Assembly: GCF_009834535.1 (NCBI RefSeq)
Contig: NC_045696.1
Location: forward strand, 82,772,001-82,836,000
DNA: 64,000 nucleotides
DNA from: Camelus ferus
Taxonomy: Eukaryota
Reading direction: 5' to 3'
The position numbers were made by a program, and so were the translations under genes. Below the pieces are notes generated by a model. It saw only the letters and a list, made by a program, of their open reading frames with translations. It was not told the origin of the DNA and ran no database searches. Shown here in pieces: positions 36,548 to 49,400 of the stretch (its first letter is position 1; each line of letters starts with the position of its first letter).

Positions 36548-39500
36548 CAAAATACATACATTAGTGCATGAACTGTGTTTCTTTTGAGAAGTTTTTAATC
36601 TGATTCAACAGACACAACAAAAGGAAAATAGGAAACTATAATTGTGAGAAATCTGAGAGATCAAGAATATAGATGTAATACCAGCCAGAGCTGTAAGAGA
36701 TGCCATTTTGGCCAAGAATATTTTGGGAATTCTTTTTGGAGGAAATACTTCTTCTGATGGAATGAAGGATAAGGAAAGAAAAGGTATTTAAAGAAAAATG
36801 TCTATAGATAAGATAAAAGTTCCAAAGGCAAGTTAAAATAAGTCATATTATTACTTAAAATTAAAATAAAATAAGTAATATTACTTATGCTATTATGTTA
36901 AGAACAAACATATGCTCATGGTGGGAGAAGCACTGCAGATGCTATGTGGCGGTAGGGAAGGGGAGTCAGTGAAGAGAAACAATTCTGTGTGTGGTAGCAA
37001 CCGCCCTTGTCTGTTGTGAAAGTGGGTCGATGATTGGCCGTCACAACGATCAAGTAGGAAATAAAATTGAAGTAGGCCTAGGGTAAAAGTTAGACTATGA
37101 ACCCTGAAAGGTAAAAGCCCCACTTTGTCTTTGCAGCAAAACCCTGAGGCCAAACCAGTCAGTCCCATTACTGTGGGTTCTTCCAGAGCAGGATTTAACT
37201 ACCCTAGAAAAGAGCTAAATCTGTGATCGGGGGTTCTGAGGAGAGACTTTAATTTAGAGCCTGGCTCATAATAGAAGTTCATTAAACATCTTTTGAGTGA
37301 TTCAATTTTAAAAACGAAAAATTAAGTAGTAATGCATTGGTATCTTGAAAATCCATCCAAACTTCCTTTAGGAAGATGGGTCTATTTATAACATCCCCCA
37401 TGAAAGCAACCTTTGACCTGGTTTCCCAAAGAAAAGCAAACGGTCCTCTGTGTAAAGCACAGTCGCTGCATCGCCCCATCATCAAGGCAGCAAGATGCTT
37501 CCTATCCCCTGTTTCTCAAGAAAGGAAAAACTGGCATCCTTGATAAAGGGAGCCTGCGAGGCAGAATTTTTTTTTTCTTTTCGGCACTAACAGAGAACAT
37601 TCAGAGAAAGGCCAAGATAGCAGTTTTAAGTGGCAAAGGTCTCATCTAGAGGGAAATAAGTTGAGTGTATGAGTTAGTGGCTTCTCAGAAGAGGTAGCTG
37701 CCTCAAGACATCCGAGAAATTTTCTGTAAGAAGAGAGGGAGATGCAAAGAGACCATCTGTACTTTCAAATATAACCTATCGAGAGCCCCCAGACTGAAAA
37801 CGCTGTGGAGCCGAGGAAGACAACTTGGAAATGTAGTTAAGTTGAACTGTTTGGCAGTTTTTAATCTTTTTTTTTTTTTTTGATTTTTCTTTGTTTTGTT
37901 CTACTGTATTTAATCAACTCCGTGTTTCACAAATATTTTTGACCCATGTTAGATTATGATATGAAAAGATTTTGTAACTGAAAGAACAGAGAATCAATGC
38001 GATTAATTAGACAATAGTCTCATATTAGTATGACTTAAAGCACAACTGTACCTGGTTGTTGAGGCTTCAGGCTCATGGGTGTTGTCACCGGGGTGGGATC
38101 AAAGTAGCTCCTTAACCAAGCCCCTCAGAGGCCCAGCTTTGAATAGTGACCTGCACAAGGGGCCCAGCAGCTACGGAGAGTGGCAGAAACAGTGTCCCCA
38201 TCCAAGCTCTGGTCAGCTCAGTGGGCCACGGTCACCTCTAAGGACCCTCACCTGACTCCCCATCTGGTGACCACCATGGATCTGAAATACTATCCTCAGC
38301 ATCTCTGTGGGTCCAGGGCTTAGCCTCTCCCATCCCTGGAAACTCTGAAGGCCAAGCAGGATGTGCCGTGGCCAATGGGGGAACGCAATTTCTGGCCCTG
38401 TGGTTTCAGAGTTTTCTGTTAGGATGCTGTTATGGCTTCTTTGGTGTCTGCTGACTGCCTCTCCACTGGCCTGGTCAGAGGGCCACCAGCCATCTCATAG
38501 GTCTGGATGGCACTTTCTAGCTAAGCATGTCGTATTCCCAAGTGGCCCGAGGAAGCTCTGCAGCTCCTGTGTAACGGGTTGGCGAGGTTGGCGGCTTCTT
38601 TCACAAGCAGAGCAGGTTTTTATGGAACCCCTCTGGAAGATTTTTACTATAGGTAAATGGACCATTGACCAGAAAGCCAGAACCAGTGTTTCCAAGCCAA
38701 TGCAGTTAACGCTCACATATATGTGAGTGTGAAAAGCTTGGACCATATAATCAGCATGTATTTTAGCAAGTGATTTTGTGTCTTATTTGAGAAACATTGA
38801 CTAGCATCTTCACAGTGTCCAATGTTGTCCTACCCACTGAGCCAAAGTATTAGAGCCTGACGTGAGCTCCAAGAGTGGCCCAGATTGGGATTTAAAAGCT
38901 ACGTTTGAGTTAATAACATAAAAAAAAAAAAACCTTAAACTTTTAAAACTGCAGACTATTGTATCCCTCTAACTCCAGAACAGCTCTGTCTAATGCTGTC
39001 CAACTTGGCAATAAAAACAAAATGAAGAAAGCCGAAACACTTTTAGACTCACACCAAGTATGCAGTATTTCAGCCTGACAGGATTATTCCTTGGCTAGAG
39101 TGACTTATGTTGGAGAGGGAAGTTTGTATGGAAATGCCTTTGAGGTTAATTGTAATGTCATTAGTGTGATGCTATAATCACATCTCTGAATTTCCTTCAT
39201 AAATTTCTTTTCTATTTTTATCCTGTTTTTATTTTTAATATACTACTTTCTTGAAAAAAATCTACTGTGTCTTGCAAAAATATACCCCTCTTTTTTTTTA
39301 GCTTCTTGAAAAACTGGTCTCAGCATAAATCATAGTTTATAAGATCATGGTAATCGGTCCTTTCTTAATTTTCAGTTCCTTTTTTACTCCTTGATTGTAA
39401 CATCCTCCCGCATAATGAGTGACTTTAAATGATTAAATTCGAGTGGTAGCAGGTATTGCACTGAGGGTAGGAAGAATAAGTCGTGTGCTAGTATTTCCAT

Positions 39501-41199
39501 TATGACTTCCCGCTGTAGTATCATCCAAAATATGGCTTAACCACCATAGATAATTCTTTTTAAGAAAATCATCCGTTTAGCCAAATCTGTGGTAGATCTG
39601 CGGCACAGAGTACAGTAGAGGAGGAACTCGGTGGAAACCACAGAAATTGCTCAGGAACGCTGCAAGATTGTTTGAATCAGATTGCTTCAAACTACTTGGG
39701 CTGTTGTCAGTTCTCTCTGTGGGGACGGAAGCCCGGGGACTCACCACTGAGTGCTCTGGAGTTCCCAGCATTGTCTATTCACTTGACCTTTGAAAGCATT
39801 TGTCTCAATTGTTCTTGAACTCTGGGAGAAAGAATCTCAGATGAGAAAACAATTGTTCCCACTGGGGACACTGCTCCAAACCCACCCTTTGTTTTGGGAT
39901 CACTTTAACAGTGACCAACTCCCAAATTTGGCAGGGCCACCCTCCCACCCCATGCAGGCTGATTCCCACTTCCTAGAGACGTATCTCGATTGTGCCTCGT
40001 CATGAAATATTGCCATGTTTCTAATCTTGTTTCCTTTTCAAAACAGTCCACTTTATTCCATAGCTTGCACAGTTCTGCATCTGTATCAATGGCTCTTTGC
40101 ATTGATGTCCCCTCCTCTCCCCTGATGCACTTCCTGAGCAAAATGCTGCATCCACAGTTGCCAGTCAGGGATGGCCAAACTTCGGCTCAGCTTGCTGAGA
40201 GTAGATCTTAGAAGTTCTTACTTCTCAGGTGTGTTACTTGATGGTCTTCGTTGGAGTCAAAGCCTGTGCATAACATCCCTGTCCCCATAGCTTGAAAACC
40301 AATCACGCTGATAGCCATCAGCTCCTGTGGTCTGATACAGAGAAATGAAACCTGTGCAGAATTTTTCACTTAGAAATATTTACCTACTAGGTCATTTGGC
40401 AAACACATTCCTGGCAGAGGAAAGATAGGATATTGTCCCCACATCACAACAGGTAGGAGATAGGATTTTAAAAATAAGAATTGTGGAGTTCAGATTCATT
40501 TATACAAGCTCTCCCTTTCTCTTCTTCTCTCTATTTATATCATATAATCAAAATATTACAAAGAGAACTTGCATTTTGCTTTTTTCAGATCATAAGAACT
40601 GAAAAAAATGTTTTGTTGTTCAGTAAAAACTGTCGAGTCCTTTTTCCCATTAGTAAACTGTGGTCAATAATAGTCCTCTGTACAGTCTTAACCTGACTCC
40701 TCCTTTCCTCTAGCAATCCATCACCAGGAGCTGCTTTTTAACATAAAATAGTGAATCTGACTAAAAGATCCAAATATTCTTTTTCAAAGAAGGAGGATTC
40801 CTTGTCCAGCCAGTGACTTGCTAAAGCCATGCAGTGAAGAGACTAAAGACTGATAAGGTTAAGCTCTCTTTTACAAGTGGGGCAAGGGAGCCTTTTTATC
40901 ATCTGTGAACATCTTTTCTCAAATCAAAAGACATCAGAGTCTCTTGCCCAGTGCCATGGATACAGCAAAACAAAATTTTTCTTTGGGAAATAGAAGTACT
41001 TTTAGTGCAATTCTGAGATACAGCCCAAGTCAGTTAAGTTCCTTGCAGTCAATAAGAACTTTATGTAAGATCTCTGTATGTGAACAGCCCCAGAGAATTT
41101 CTCTGACTTCCTTTTCCATTACTGGTCATTGCATATAATCTCTTGAATAAAAAGGATACATTCACATTGTATGTAGATATCTGAAGGGGAAAAATGTAG

Positions 41200-41345
41200 T
41201 TTCAACCCTCTGTTACAGTGTTAGTTTTATGACCTTGGGCAAGTTACCTAAATTCTCTATTACTTCGTTTCCTCCTGTATAAAACAGGTGGGGGGAATAA
41301 CTGCACCGCCTTGGCCCACAGTAGATGCTTGGTAAATACCAGCTC
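41200..41345 (+). mobile_element. MIR SINE (internally deleted)
   Basis: 'tgaccttgggcaagttacctaaattctct...gtttcctcctgtataaaa...tggcccacagtagatgcttggtaaat'. Confidence 0.8.
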
Positions 41346-44017
41346 CAGGCACAGAACCAGTAGGAAGAATTTACAAAGATTTAGGAAATAAAATCTGTGT
41401 AACTCATTAAGTTTAAATAGATAAAAATGCTTTACGTGTACTTCTCACAAATTATTTTATTCACCTTCAATAGATGTAGGAAAAGAATTGCTCTTAGAAG
41501 CTCCAGGCTTCTTCTAAGTGTAGGGTAAGGGCGTGGGGAACACACCTTGAAGAGAATGAGGAGACAACTGGCCATCCAGGGCAGTGCATAATGGAATGGA
41601 TGGAGAGAGACAGGGGAGGCTTACATGCTGAAATCAGGAGCCCTTTGCCAATTTCCCTTCTTCTCTGTCACAGACACTTTTTAGAGCCATTCCCATTGTA
41701 TGTTACTTATTTCCCTTACCAGTCTGTGGCCCCCTGAGCAAGAATCCTAGGATGAGCCACCTAATATTTCATCTCCTTCTGTAAGACAGGATGGTGGAAT
41801 AGGGCGCCAGCGGGTATGGGTCCTGTTTTTGTTGGGTGTTGCACATTTGGGAGAAGATACAGCTAAGGCCACTAAACGCTGAGAAGGCAAAGATGTTTCT
41901 CTCCTACGTGCTTCAAAAACAAGCAATCCTTCTTACTCTTATTGACCCACTTCAGCCTCCTCTGTCCCTGTTGGTTTGGAGACAGTAAAGTCCAGGCAAG
42001 CACCTGTAAGCAGCTGGGCAGCAGAATCCTCACTTAGTTAACATCAGTTTTCAACGTACACGTTATGGGATAGTGAAAGTGAAATCCACATCTCCCTCCA
42101 CTTAGGATACATTCTTAACTTTTCCCATAGTTTATATATTTTTAATATTACATAGTTGCATGGAGCTCATGCTAAAATTCACATATGGATACTGAATGAT
42201 ACTGTCTCTCTGTAAAACTCATTTTAGAGCCTTCCAAATCAGTACATTCATTAGGAGTCTCACTGCCATCTCTGGCTGGATTTACCTGAATACTGTGTTC
42301 ATTTAAATTAAACAGATATTTAAGCATGAGAAAATCTGACCCATGTATTTAACAGACTTTGTGAACTTTTTTTTTTCCATAAAACTTGGTTTTGGAAAAT
42401 ACACACATACATTTTGCCAAGAACTTGCCCCTTAATGTTTAATCTTGTGGCTTTCAGGGGAAATCTAATTTGTACCCTTCGTTTATGCTCAACTCAACAG
42501 ATTGTTGCAGTGTTAGCCAAATGCTGGATGGCCTTACGGCCCATGGGGCTTTTCAGGTTTTTTGATTCTCTGTGGGCCCCATTGCCTTGCTTCTTAATCC
42601 CGGGTGGATCACAAACACTGTGTGTTTTAAACTCAGTCTAGCTGTTTTAAAATTAAGTCACACTGTGAACAATGGACCATCTCAGCATTTATAAGGGTTG
42701 GAAAATTATTTTTCTCTCTTCTTCTAATCCCCAGTGGCCTCACTCTATTTTCACTCTGAGGTTTGTTGGGGCAGGTCTAAATCTGATGATTGAGACATAG
42801 GGTTTTCCACTGAAGTGATTGACTCAGATTAGAATGATGTGTTTCTATGTAAGGATGACAGTGATCTGTTAAATGTATTGAAACTGGGTTTTAAGAGCAC
42901 TAAGGTGTCATGGCTTCTCCCTTAAGCCATTCAAGCACAGGGATCACTCACTCGGGTGTGCGTTGTTTGATGACCAACGCTCCGCCTGAGTCCTTCTTGC
43001 CATTGCTTTGAATTTCTACCCACTTGCCTCTTACTCACGAACTCCATCACCACTGGGTTTGTGCTTTTCCCCAGACACTCCTTAGCTGGTCTAGAGCATA
43101 AGCTTAGGTAGCAGCATGGTTGGTGACGAGAGGTGGAGCGGCAGGAAGACTTGACCTGGGCCCCGCAGGAGCTGACACTCTCCATCTCCTCTTAGATTAT
43201 TCTCCCCCTGACCTCTAAGCTACTTTCCATCATGCTTCTTAGTTCACCTGTCCTGCCACATCCTAGAGGAGAGGCCAGAGTCGGGGTGTACAGTTTGTTT
43301 TTGTCCTCTGAAATACAGCCTTTTTTATGTTTTGGAGCAAAGACTGGATATTCCTGGCACGTAGATAGTCTTTGTCTTTTTCTACAAGGTATATATCTTT
43401 TTTAAAACAGAAAAACTGGGAAGAACTCTAGGACATAGTCATCAAATAGAGCATTCCAGGGGCTCAAAAGAAAATTCTAGAGTCACTGTTTTTCTTGAGA
43501 AAAGCTTCTGGGTTTTATACCTGCCAAGAGTCCCAGGTCTCCCTCCCATGCCCAGCATGTCCCTTCCCTTCCTTCCCTCACACCCTTCGTTGCTGCTGCT
43601 TTGCCTCTGTGGGTGGACCCCTATCCTGCCGGAAGCCTGCCTAAGGCCTTTGGAGTCACTACCAGTGGTTTGGAACTTGAAGGGTAATAGAGGAGCTGCA
43701 GAGTCTTAAACAGAAGAGATAAAGTTTCCGATATCCAAAGTAAAGCATGATTAATTTTTCCTGTGTACATCTTGTTGAATCAAGTGATTGTTTCTACCAG
43801 TAATAGGGTACTTCTGTTGTGGTACAACCTTATTTCATTGTAGCATCAAATATAACTGTGATGTATCCTGTGTCACAGTTATTTCTAAGGGAAACTGAGT
43901 TCTAATTTCAAAGCAATATATATATAGTTGAATTTACACAGTGTAGCAAAATTTTTACTTGGAAGCTGTTTTATTCCCAAACTTCGTATTAAAAATAGGA
44001 GACACGAAGTAACCCAA

Positions 44018-44140
44018 CATAGAAGCATGGACCTTAGAGCTGTCCTTAGACTGCAGAATCAGTGATTGCCATATCCATTCCCATCCCTCCAGAGGTGGAG
44101 GAACTGAGGCCCAGAATGACGAAGTCAAGTCTTCTCTGAG
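44018..44140 (-). mobile_element. MIR3-type SINE fragment
   Basis: 'catagaa...ttagagctg...cagaggtggaggaactgaggcccagaa'. Confidence 0.55.
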
Positions 44141-44174
44141 TCCTTAGTATTCCCTGGCTTTGCATTTTCTTTAA

Positions 44175-44203
44175 AACACACACAAAACACACACACACAC
44201 ACA
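44175..44203. repeat. Interrupted (CA)n microsatellite
   Basis: 'acacacacaaaacacacacacacacaca' is directly visible. Confidence 0.85.
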
Positions 44204-44987
44204 TAAAAAAAATCTAATTGTTCCATGGAAGAAGGCACTATTCATTCTTAATGGAATTGCTTTTTATTCAATTTTGTGGTGTCCACAACGAGATTATAAA
44301 AACAATAATTTGATTTAGAAATCTTTCCAGCTTCAGCAAGGTTACTTTGTGGAGTTGTAGATAAATGACCAGAAGAAAACTTCACAAAATTAGCGTTTAC
44401 ACTTAATCTGGCAACGAGCTATAATTTGATTGGTAAAAAATTCATTTGGTGTACCTCTGGCCCTTTGCTGCTGGATAATGAAAATTTATATCTGCGTTTC
44501 AGACATCTGGGGAGGGCCTGACAGCTTTGGGGCTGAATGAAAGATGATGTCACACTGACCCCTGTCAGCATTTCCTCACAGGCTGGTTACCCAAAACCCA
44601 ACAGCAGTCACACTTTTTTTTTCCCCTGCCAGAGCAGACTCTCATTTTATTTTGGAAGGTTAATGACACTGTAAATCTAATAGGCCATTTTAGTGCCATC
44701 ATGTGGATATTAAAAAATCATGTGACCAGTCAGGGCACCATATGTGGGGTTCGCTGTTGTCTAATGGCAGGAATAAGAGGCCGTAACAAGGCACTGAGGG
44801 CAGCCGATGTTTGGAATTAATTTCAAAACCGTAGGTACCTTTAAACTAATTTGGGATCTCTGCTAATGATTATTGCTTGCCATTTCAATTAAGTTTGCTT
44901 TAATAAGCTAGCTAATATTGGCTAATGGTGGACCCCAGAAAATTCTTTATTACTTTCAAATGTATCAGGAGCTCACAGTCCCTGGCC

Positions 44988-45185
44988 CAGCACTGACCAG
45001 CAGAGCCTTCTGTGGTGATGAGAGTGCCCTCTCTCCGTGCCGGCCGGCGTGCTGATCTCTAGCCACTTGTGGCTTCTGAGCACTCGAAATGTGGCTCGTG
45101 GTCTGAGGAAGTGAATTTTTAAATTTAATTAATGTAAATGTAAATGGTGACGTGTGGCTGGTGGTTACCATTTTGGATAGAACAT
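44988..45185 (+). mobile_element. MER3 (hAT-Charlie) non-autonomous DNA transposon, full length
   Basis: 'cagcactgaccag...ctagccacttgtggc...gagcactcgaaatgtggct...ctgaggaagtgaatttttaaatttaattaatg...tgtggctggtggttaccattttggatagaaca' is colinear with the ~200-bp MER3 consensus. Confidence 0.85.
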
Positions 45186-45261
45186 CTTTGGAGGAACTGT
45201 AAGACCAGCAGTTTTGGAAAACAGCAACAAAAATACCATTTCTCTGAGGCCTCTGGTCTGC

Positions 45262-45390
45262 CTCTCACTGGTGCCGAGCTACTTGGTGACACAGATGAAG
45301 TCTGGTTTATCTTTGTTTCTTCCACCATGCCTTTGTACAGAGTCAAAACATGTAGAACAAAGGAATGGGTAAATGAATGAATGCAACAAA
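45262..45390 (+). mobile_element. L2 LINE 3' end
   Basis: 'cactggtgccgagctacttg...gtctggtttatctttgtttct...catgtag...gtaaatgaatgaatg'. Confidence 0.6.
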
Positions 45391-45887
45391 TAGTTGGGTA
45401 ATCATTAAATGAAAGCAAGACATTTAAGTGATTATTCCTTTTTTCATTTCTTGCTGCCTTACTCCGAAAGACAAGTTAGGCATAAATCATAAAATTTAAA
45501 AGCTAGATGAATCCTTAAGGATCACTTAGCCCAATCCATTCAAAACCAGACCAAGTGGCTTCCAGAAGCTGCTCTCTGAGCCGCCCTGAGACATCTCTTT
45601 CAGCCCCAGAAAAACACCCCCGCCCAAGATGGCCAAAGGCAATGAATGGACAGTTTCCAGGCACATAATTCAGATCCTTGCACAGAAAGAAGTCGGTGAG
45701 GGAGGAGGCAGTGCTCTTTGGATAGTAGGATCTTTTACTGTGTGGCCAGACAGAAGAATGTAAAGTGACACCAGAATGATGTGTGAATTTATGCCAAAAT
45801 GTCATTTACTGAAGTATTGTTAAATGATCATTCATGACTCTCATCTAATGCTCATAAAATTACGATGAGGATGATGGTTATAGTGAT

Positions 45888-46136
45888 TATAATAATAACA
45901 ACGTTATTAATTAACATGTGTTTACTGCATGCTGTTTCAGAAATGGTGCTAAATTCTACACAAGGATTATCTTATTTAATCCCTTTAATTACTAGGGGAT
46001 AGTTCTGGTATTTTCCCATTTTAATGATGAGGAGAAGGAGTGAGTATAAATAGCTTTCTCAAGGTCATACAACTGAATTTTGAATTGAAACAATCTGAAA
46101 CCAGAATCTCCACCATTGAGCATTATTCTGCAGTGC
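45888..46136 (-). mobile_element. MIR SINE
   Basis: 'aataataaca...tttactgcatgc...ggtgctaaa...attatcttatttaatcc...cccattttaatgatgaggag...caaggtcatacaact'. Confidence 0.8.
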
Positions 46137-46164
46137 GTCTTTCCTTAATCTCTCTCTTTGGTTT

Positions 46165-46455
46165 CATTGTTGTGTTTATTTATTCAGCAAATATATTTTT
46201 GAGCCTCAACTTTGGGCCGGGCACTGTTCTAGTCTCAGGAAATACACTATTGTAGTTGACAAAAGAGCCAAATATTCCTGTCCTCTTGGACTTTTCCTTC
46301 TACTGATAAGAACAGTCAATAAACAAGTTAAGGAAAATATGCAGTTTATTATATAGAAATAAGTGCTAAGAAGAAAAAATAAAGCAAGGAAGAGGAATAT
46401 AAAGTGTCAGCAGGTGGGGGCAGGTGGAAACTCTTAGGCAGGTCCCACTGAGAAA
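46165..46455 (-). mobile_element. L2 (L2a-like) LINE 3' portion
   Basis: 'tttattcagcaaatatatttttgagcctcaac...gccgggcactgttctag...cctgtcctcttgga...aataaacaag...aagtgctaagaagaaaaaataaagcaagga'. Confidence 0.85.
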
Positions 46456-49400
46456 AGGAGCAAGTAAGTTTTACTTTCTAATCACACACTGTTTCCTAAT
46501 TTTTTGCCACAAAGAAAGTTTACCCTTAGCTATTAGTTTACCTTCTAATCTGGGAATGATTTTAAGATTAAAAAAAAAAAACCTGCTCTAGAGTGATATT
46601 CAGTGGAGGCAGAGGAATAGAAAACTCAGCACCTATGTCCATAAAGTTATTTTCAGGTGACTTCTTTGATTCTGTGACACTTCAGTGTTTGCTTTTATAG
46701 CAAGTGAGGATAATGTGCTGAATTTTATAGTTGCTGCAAACAAAGGCCACAGCAGTGACATTGGGAGGTACAGCAAACTATAGACCTGGCAGGTACAACA
46801 CACTCAAGAACCTGCCGGGGTTCAGGATATTGGAGAAAAAAAGCACACACACGTGCAGCTACACAAGTGGGGCCAGGTGGGTGGGTGGTAGGGAAGGATT
46901 AAGAAAGGAGTGTTCCCTGCTGAATTTCCAAGCCCACCCAAACCCACTGTGACGATAAATTCCAATTCAGTACACTACAACACTCTCTGTCAAGATAAAA
47001 TTGTACAATTAATTAAAGTGAGAAAATTTAAATTCCCAGAAGGAATGTGGGCAAGAAGTAGCAGGCTTTTTGCCTACCTAGTACAGGATGATTAAGATAT
47101 AAAAGTTAACAGTGATTCAGACCTCACTCAGTAGTATTTGAACGCAAAATAGGAACTTTTTCTAACCTGACGTGGTATTCCACAGGTTTTGAAGTCAGGT
47201 CGTGAGACCACAGGTCATGGGCTTTATCTGAGAGACACTCTGCCTCCCCCTGCCTCCCCCTGGGTGCATAGCACTCCTTGGGACATTGGACTAGTCATTC
47301 CAATCAAAAGGGAAGTGTCCTTTTGTGATCCCTGGCATCACTTCCTGTTTTTCCTTATAAACTTCCCACCCGTGTGTGGCATTGTTGGGATCATTGCCTT
47401 AAGTAACTTTCCATTACATTGGCAAGTCACTCGGGTTTTTAGTGCCTGCAGACACCTGATTTTAGAGCCCTCCATTAAGATTTAAAAGATTTTGCTACAA
47501 ATTAAAGCGGCCCTGCTCTTCTGCTGAAAGTTTTGTTTTCTTATATTAAAATATTTTTTCAGAATGTCATATACTGTCGCACAACGTTGATTAAATTGAT
47601 TACTTTTTTCTGTAACTTTTCAGAATTCATGAATTTTTGAAACTTTATTCTAAAAGCACAAAGTAAGTACTCCTTTTTCCTTCAACATAAAAATGTTATT
47701 TTTCATTTAGATCCTCAACCTACAAGCCATATTATGAAAGTTTTAGCCTAGCATGATTTAAGTGGCCAAATTATTACTGTCACAAGCATTAACTTCACTA
47801 TACAAGTATTAAAAAATATATATAATCAGAAACACTAAGAAGTTAGGATGTATAACGAAATTGTTGTCAGTGCCTTGGCCAGGCTGTAAATACCTACTGT
47901 GTTTGTGGTTGAGTGAGATAAACTACTCTATGCTAGTATTTTTATAACTTTTAAATTACAGACACTATATTTATTTTGTCTTAAGTATTTCAAGTAAGTA
48001 GTGTTGAGTTCATGTTGACTGTGGACAATTTACCGAAATGCTAAAGATTTTACTACCTTGTCTTTCTGAACTGAGCAGTAGTTAAGTGCAATGTTCTAGC
48101 TTATTATAAACCCACAGTGGAACCCAATATCTGAACCTTTCCTCTCTTTGTTTTATACCTTCTTGCATCCACAAAACTATTATATCAAAAATCAAAGGAA
48201 GACCCAAGGAAAATAAATCCAAGTCTAGCTGTAGTTCACGTGCACAGGCAAGAGGTAAGAAACCCGATCTGTGGAGGTCAGATAGGAGTACGGAGCCAGG
48301 TGGTCAGTGGCATCATAATCCACGTTGTTTTGTCACCACCAGTTCATCTTCTAAGTCTGTGGTGGATAATATGCCCTCCTGTTAATCTAGCTGTGCAAGG
48401 AAGTCGAGGTCAACCCATGGGGATGGGGTGTCACTCATTCTATATGGTACCATTCCTGTTTGATTGTGTGGCTATTAGTGGCCAACCTACCCTATGGTGT
48501 ATTTTTATGACTTTTAAATTATGGGGCAATATGTTTATTCTGTTTTAAGAAATCCATGTAAACAGTGGATGTGGAGAGGGCAATGTGTATTTTTTTAAAG
48601 AGATAAGTTTGCTTAAATAAGTAGTGTATCTCTTTCCCTTCATTTTAGAAATAGCGAAAAAGATGAATGCAGGAAGCTGGGGGGAAACCACACCACTTCA
48701 TGACCTGGTGGCCAGTGTTCAGATGGCATTTCAGAGACTTTTGGGGACATTTAAACTATTGCTTTTAAGATGCCCCTTTATGCAGAGCTAGAAACAACAC
48801 ACTTGGTTTCTATTTAGGGTCAGTAGGATATAAAGAGATGAGTTTTAATTTCCAAAGAAATTCATCTACCTAAGTCTTCCATAACCATAAGTTCCGAATA
48901 AGTAAAAGAAGATTGCTGTAAATCTGGTTCAAATGGTAAATTTTGGGGGAATAAATAGTTTAAATGATGGCCATCTTGACATCAAACCACTGCAACCAAG
49001 TGTTATTTTCGCCATCCTCTCACCAGAAAAGAAAGGTCTGGAACTGAGGAATCAGTGATAGCAGCCACCAGACTTTCTTACTGTGCAACAAACAAGAGGT
49101 GGAAACACTGTTGAGTTGACTCTGCACTCGGAGGTCCAGAAAAATTAAGGTTGACACTAAAATAACTTTGGCTTACACACGACTCACAGCAAATGCTAAA
49201 TAATGAAAAAATGTGTCTTTTAGGTCTAAAATTTTCTGGGTTGTGAGCAAATATGGAGCATAAATCATATCAAACTATTCCTGGCATTGGGCCTTCAGGA
49301 TGCATTTGTTTGAAATCAAGGGCCAAATTGCCTGGAAGAGCGAGGACCACTAGATGCCAGCTGAGGCGGAATGCCAGCCTTGGAACTGACACCTCGTTTC

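Noticed and set aside
43075..43107. 33-nt frame-preserving exon candidate (HSLAGLEHKL)
   Set aside because: The acceptor is good but the donor TAG|GTAGCA is weak and the peptide is not recognised.
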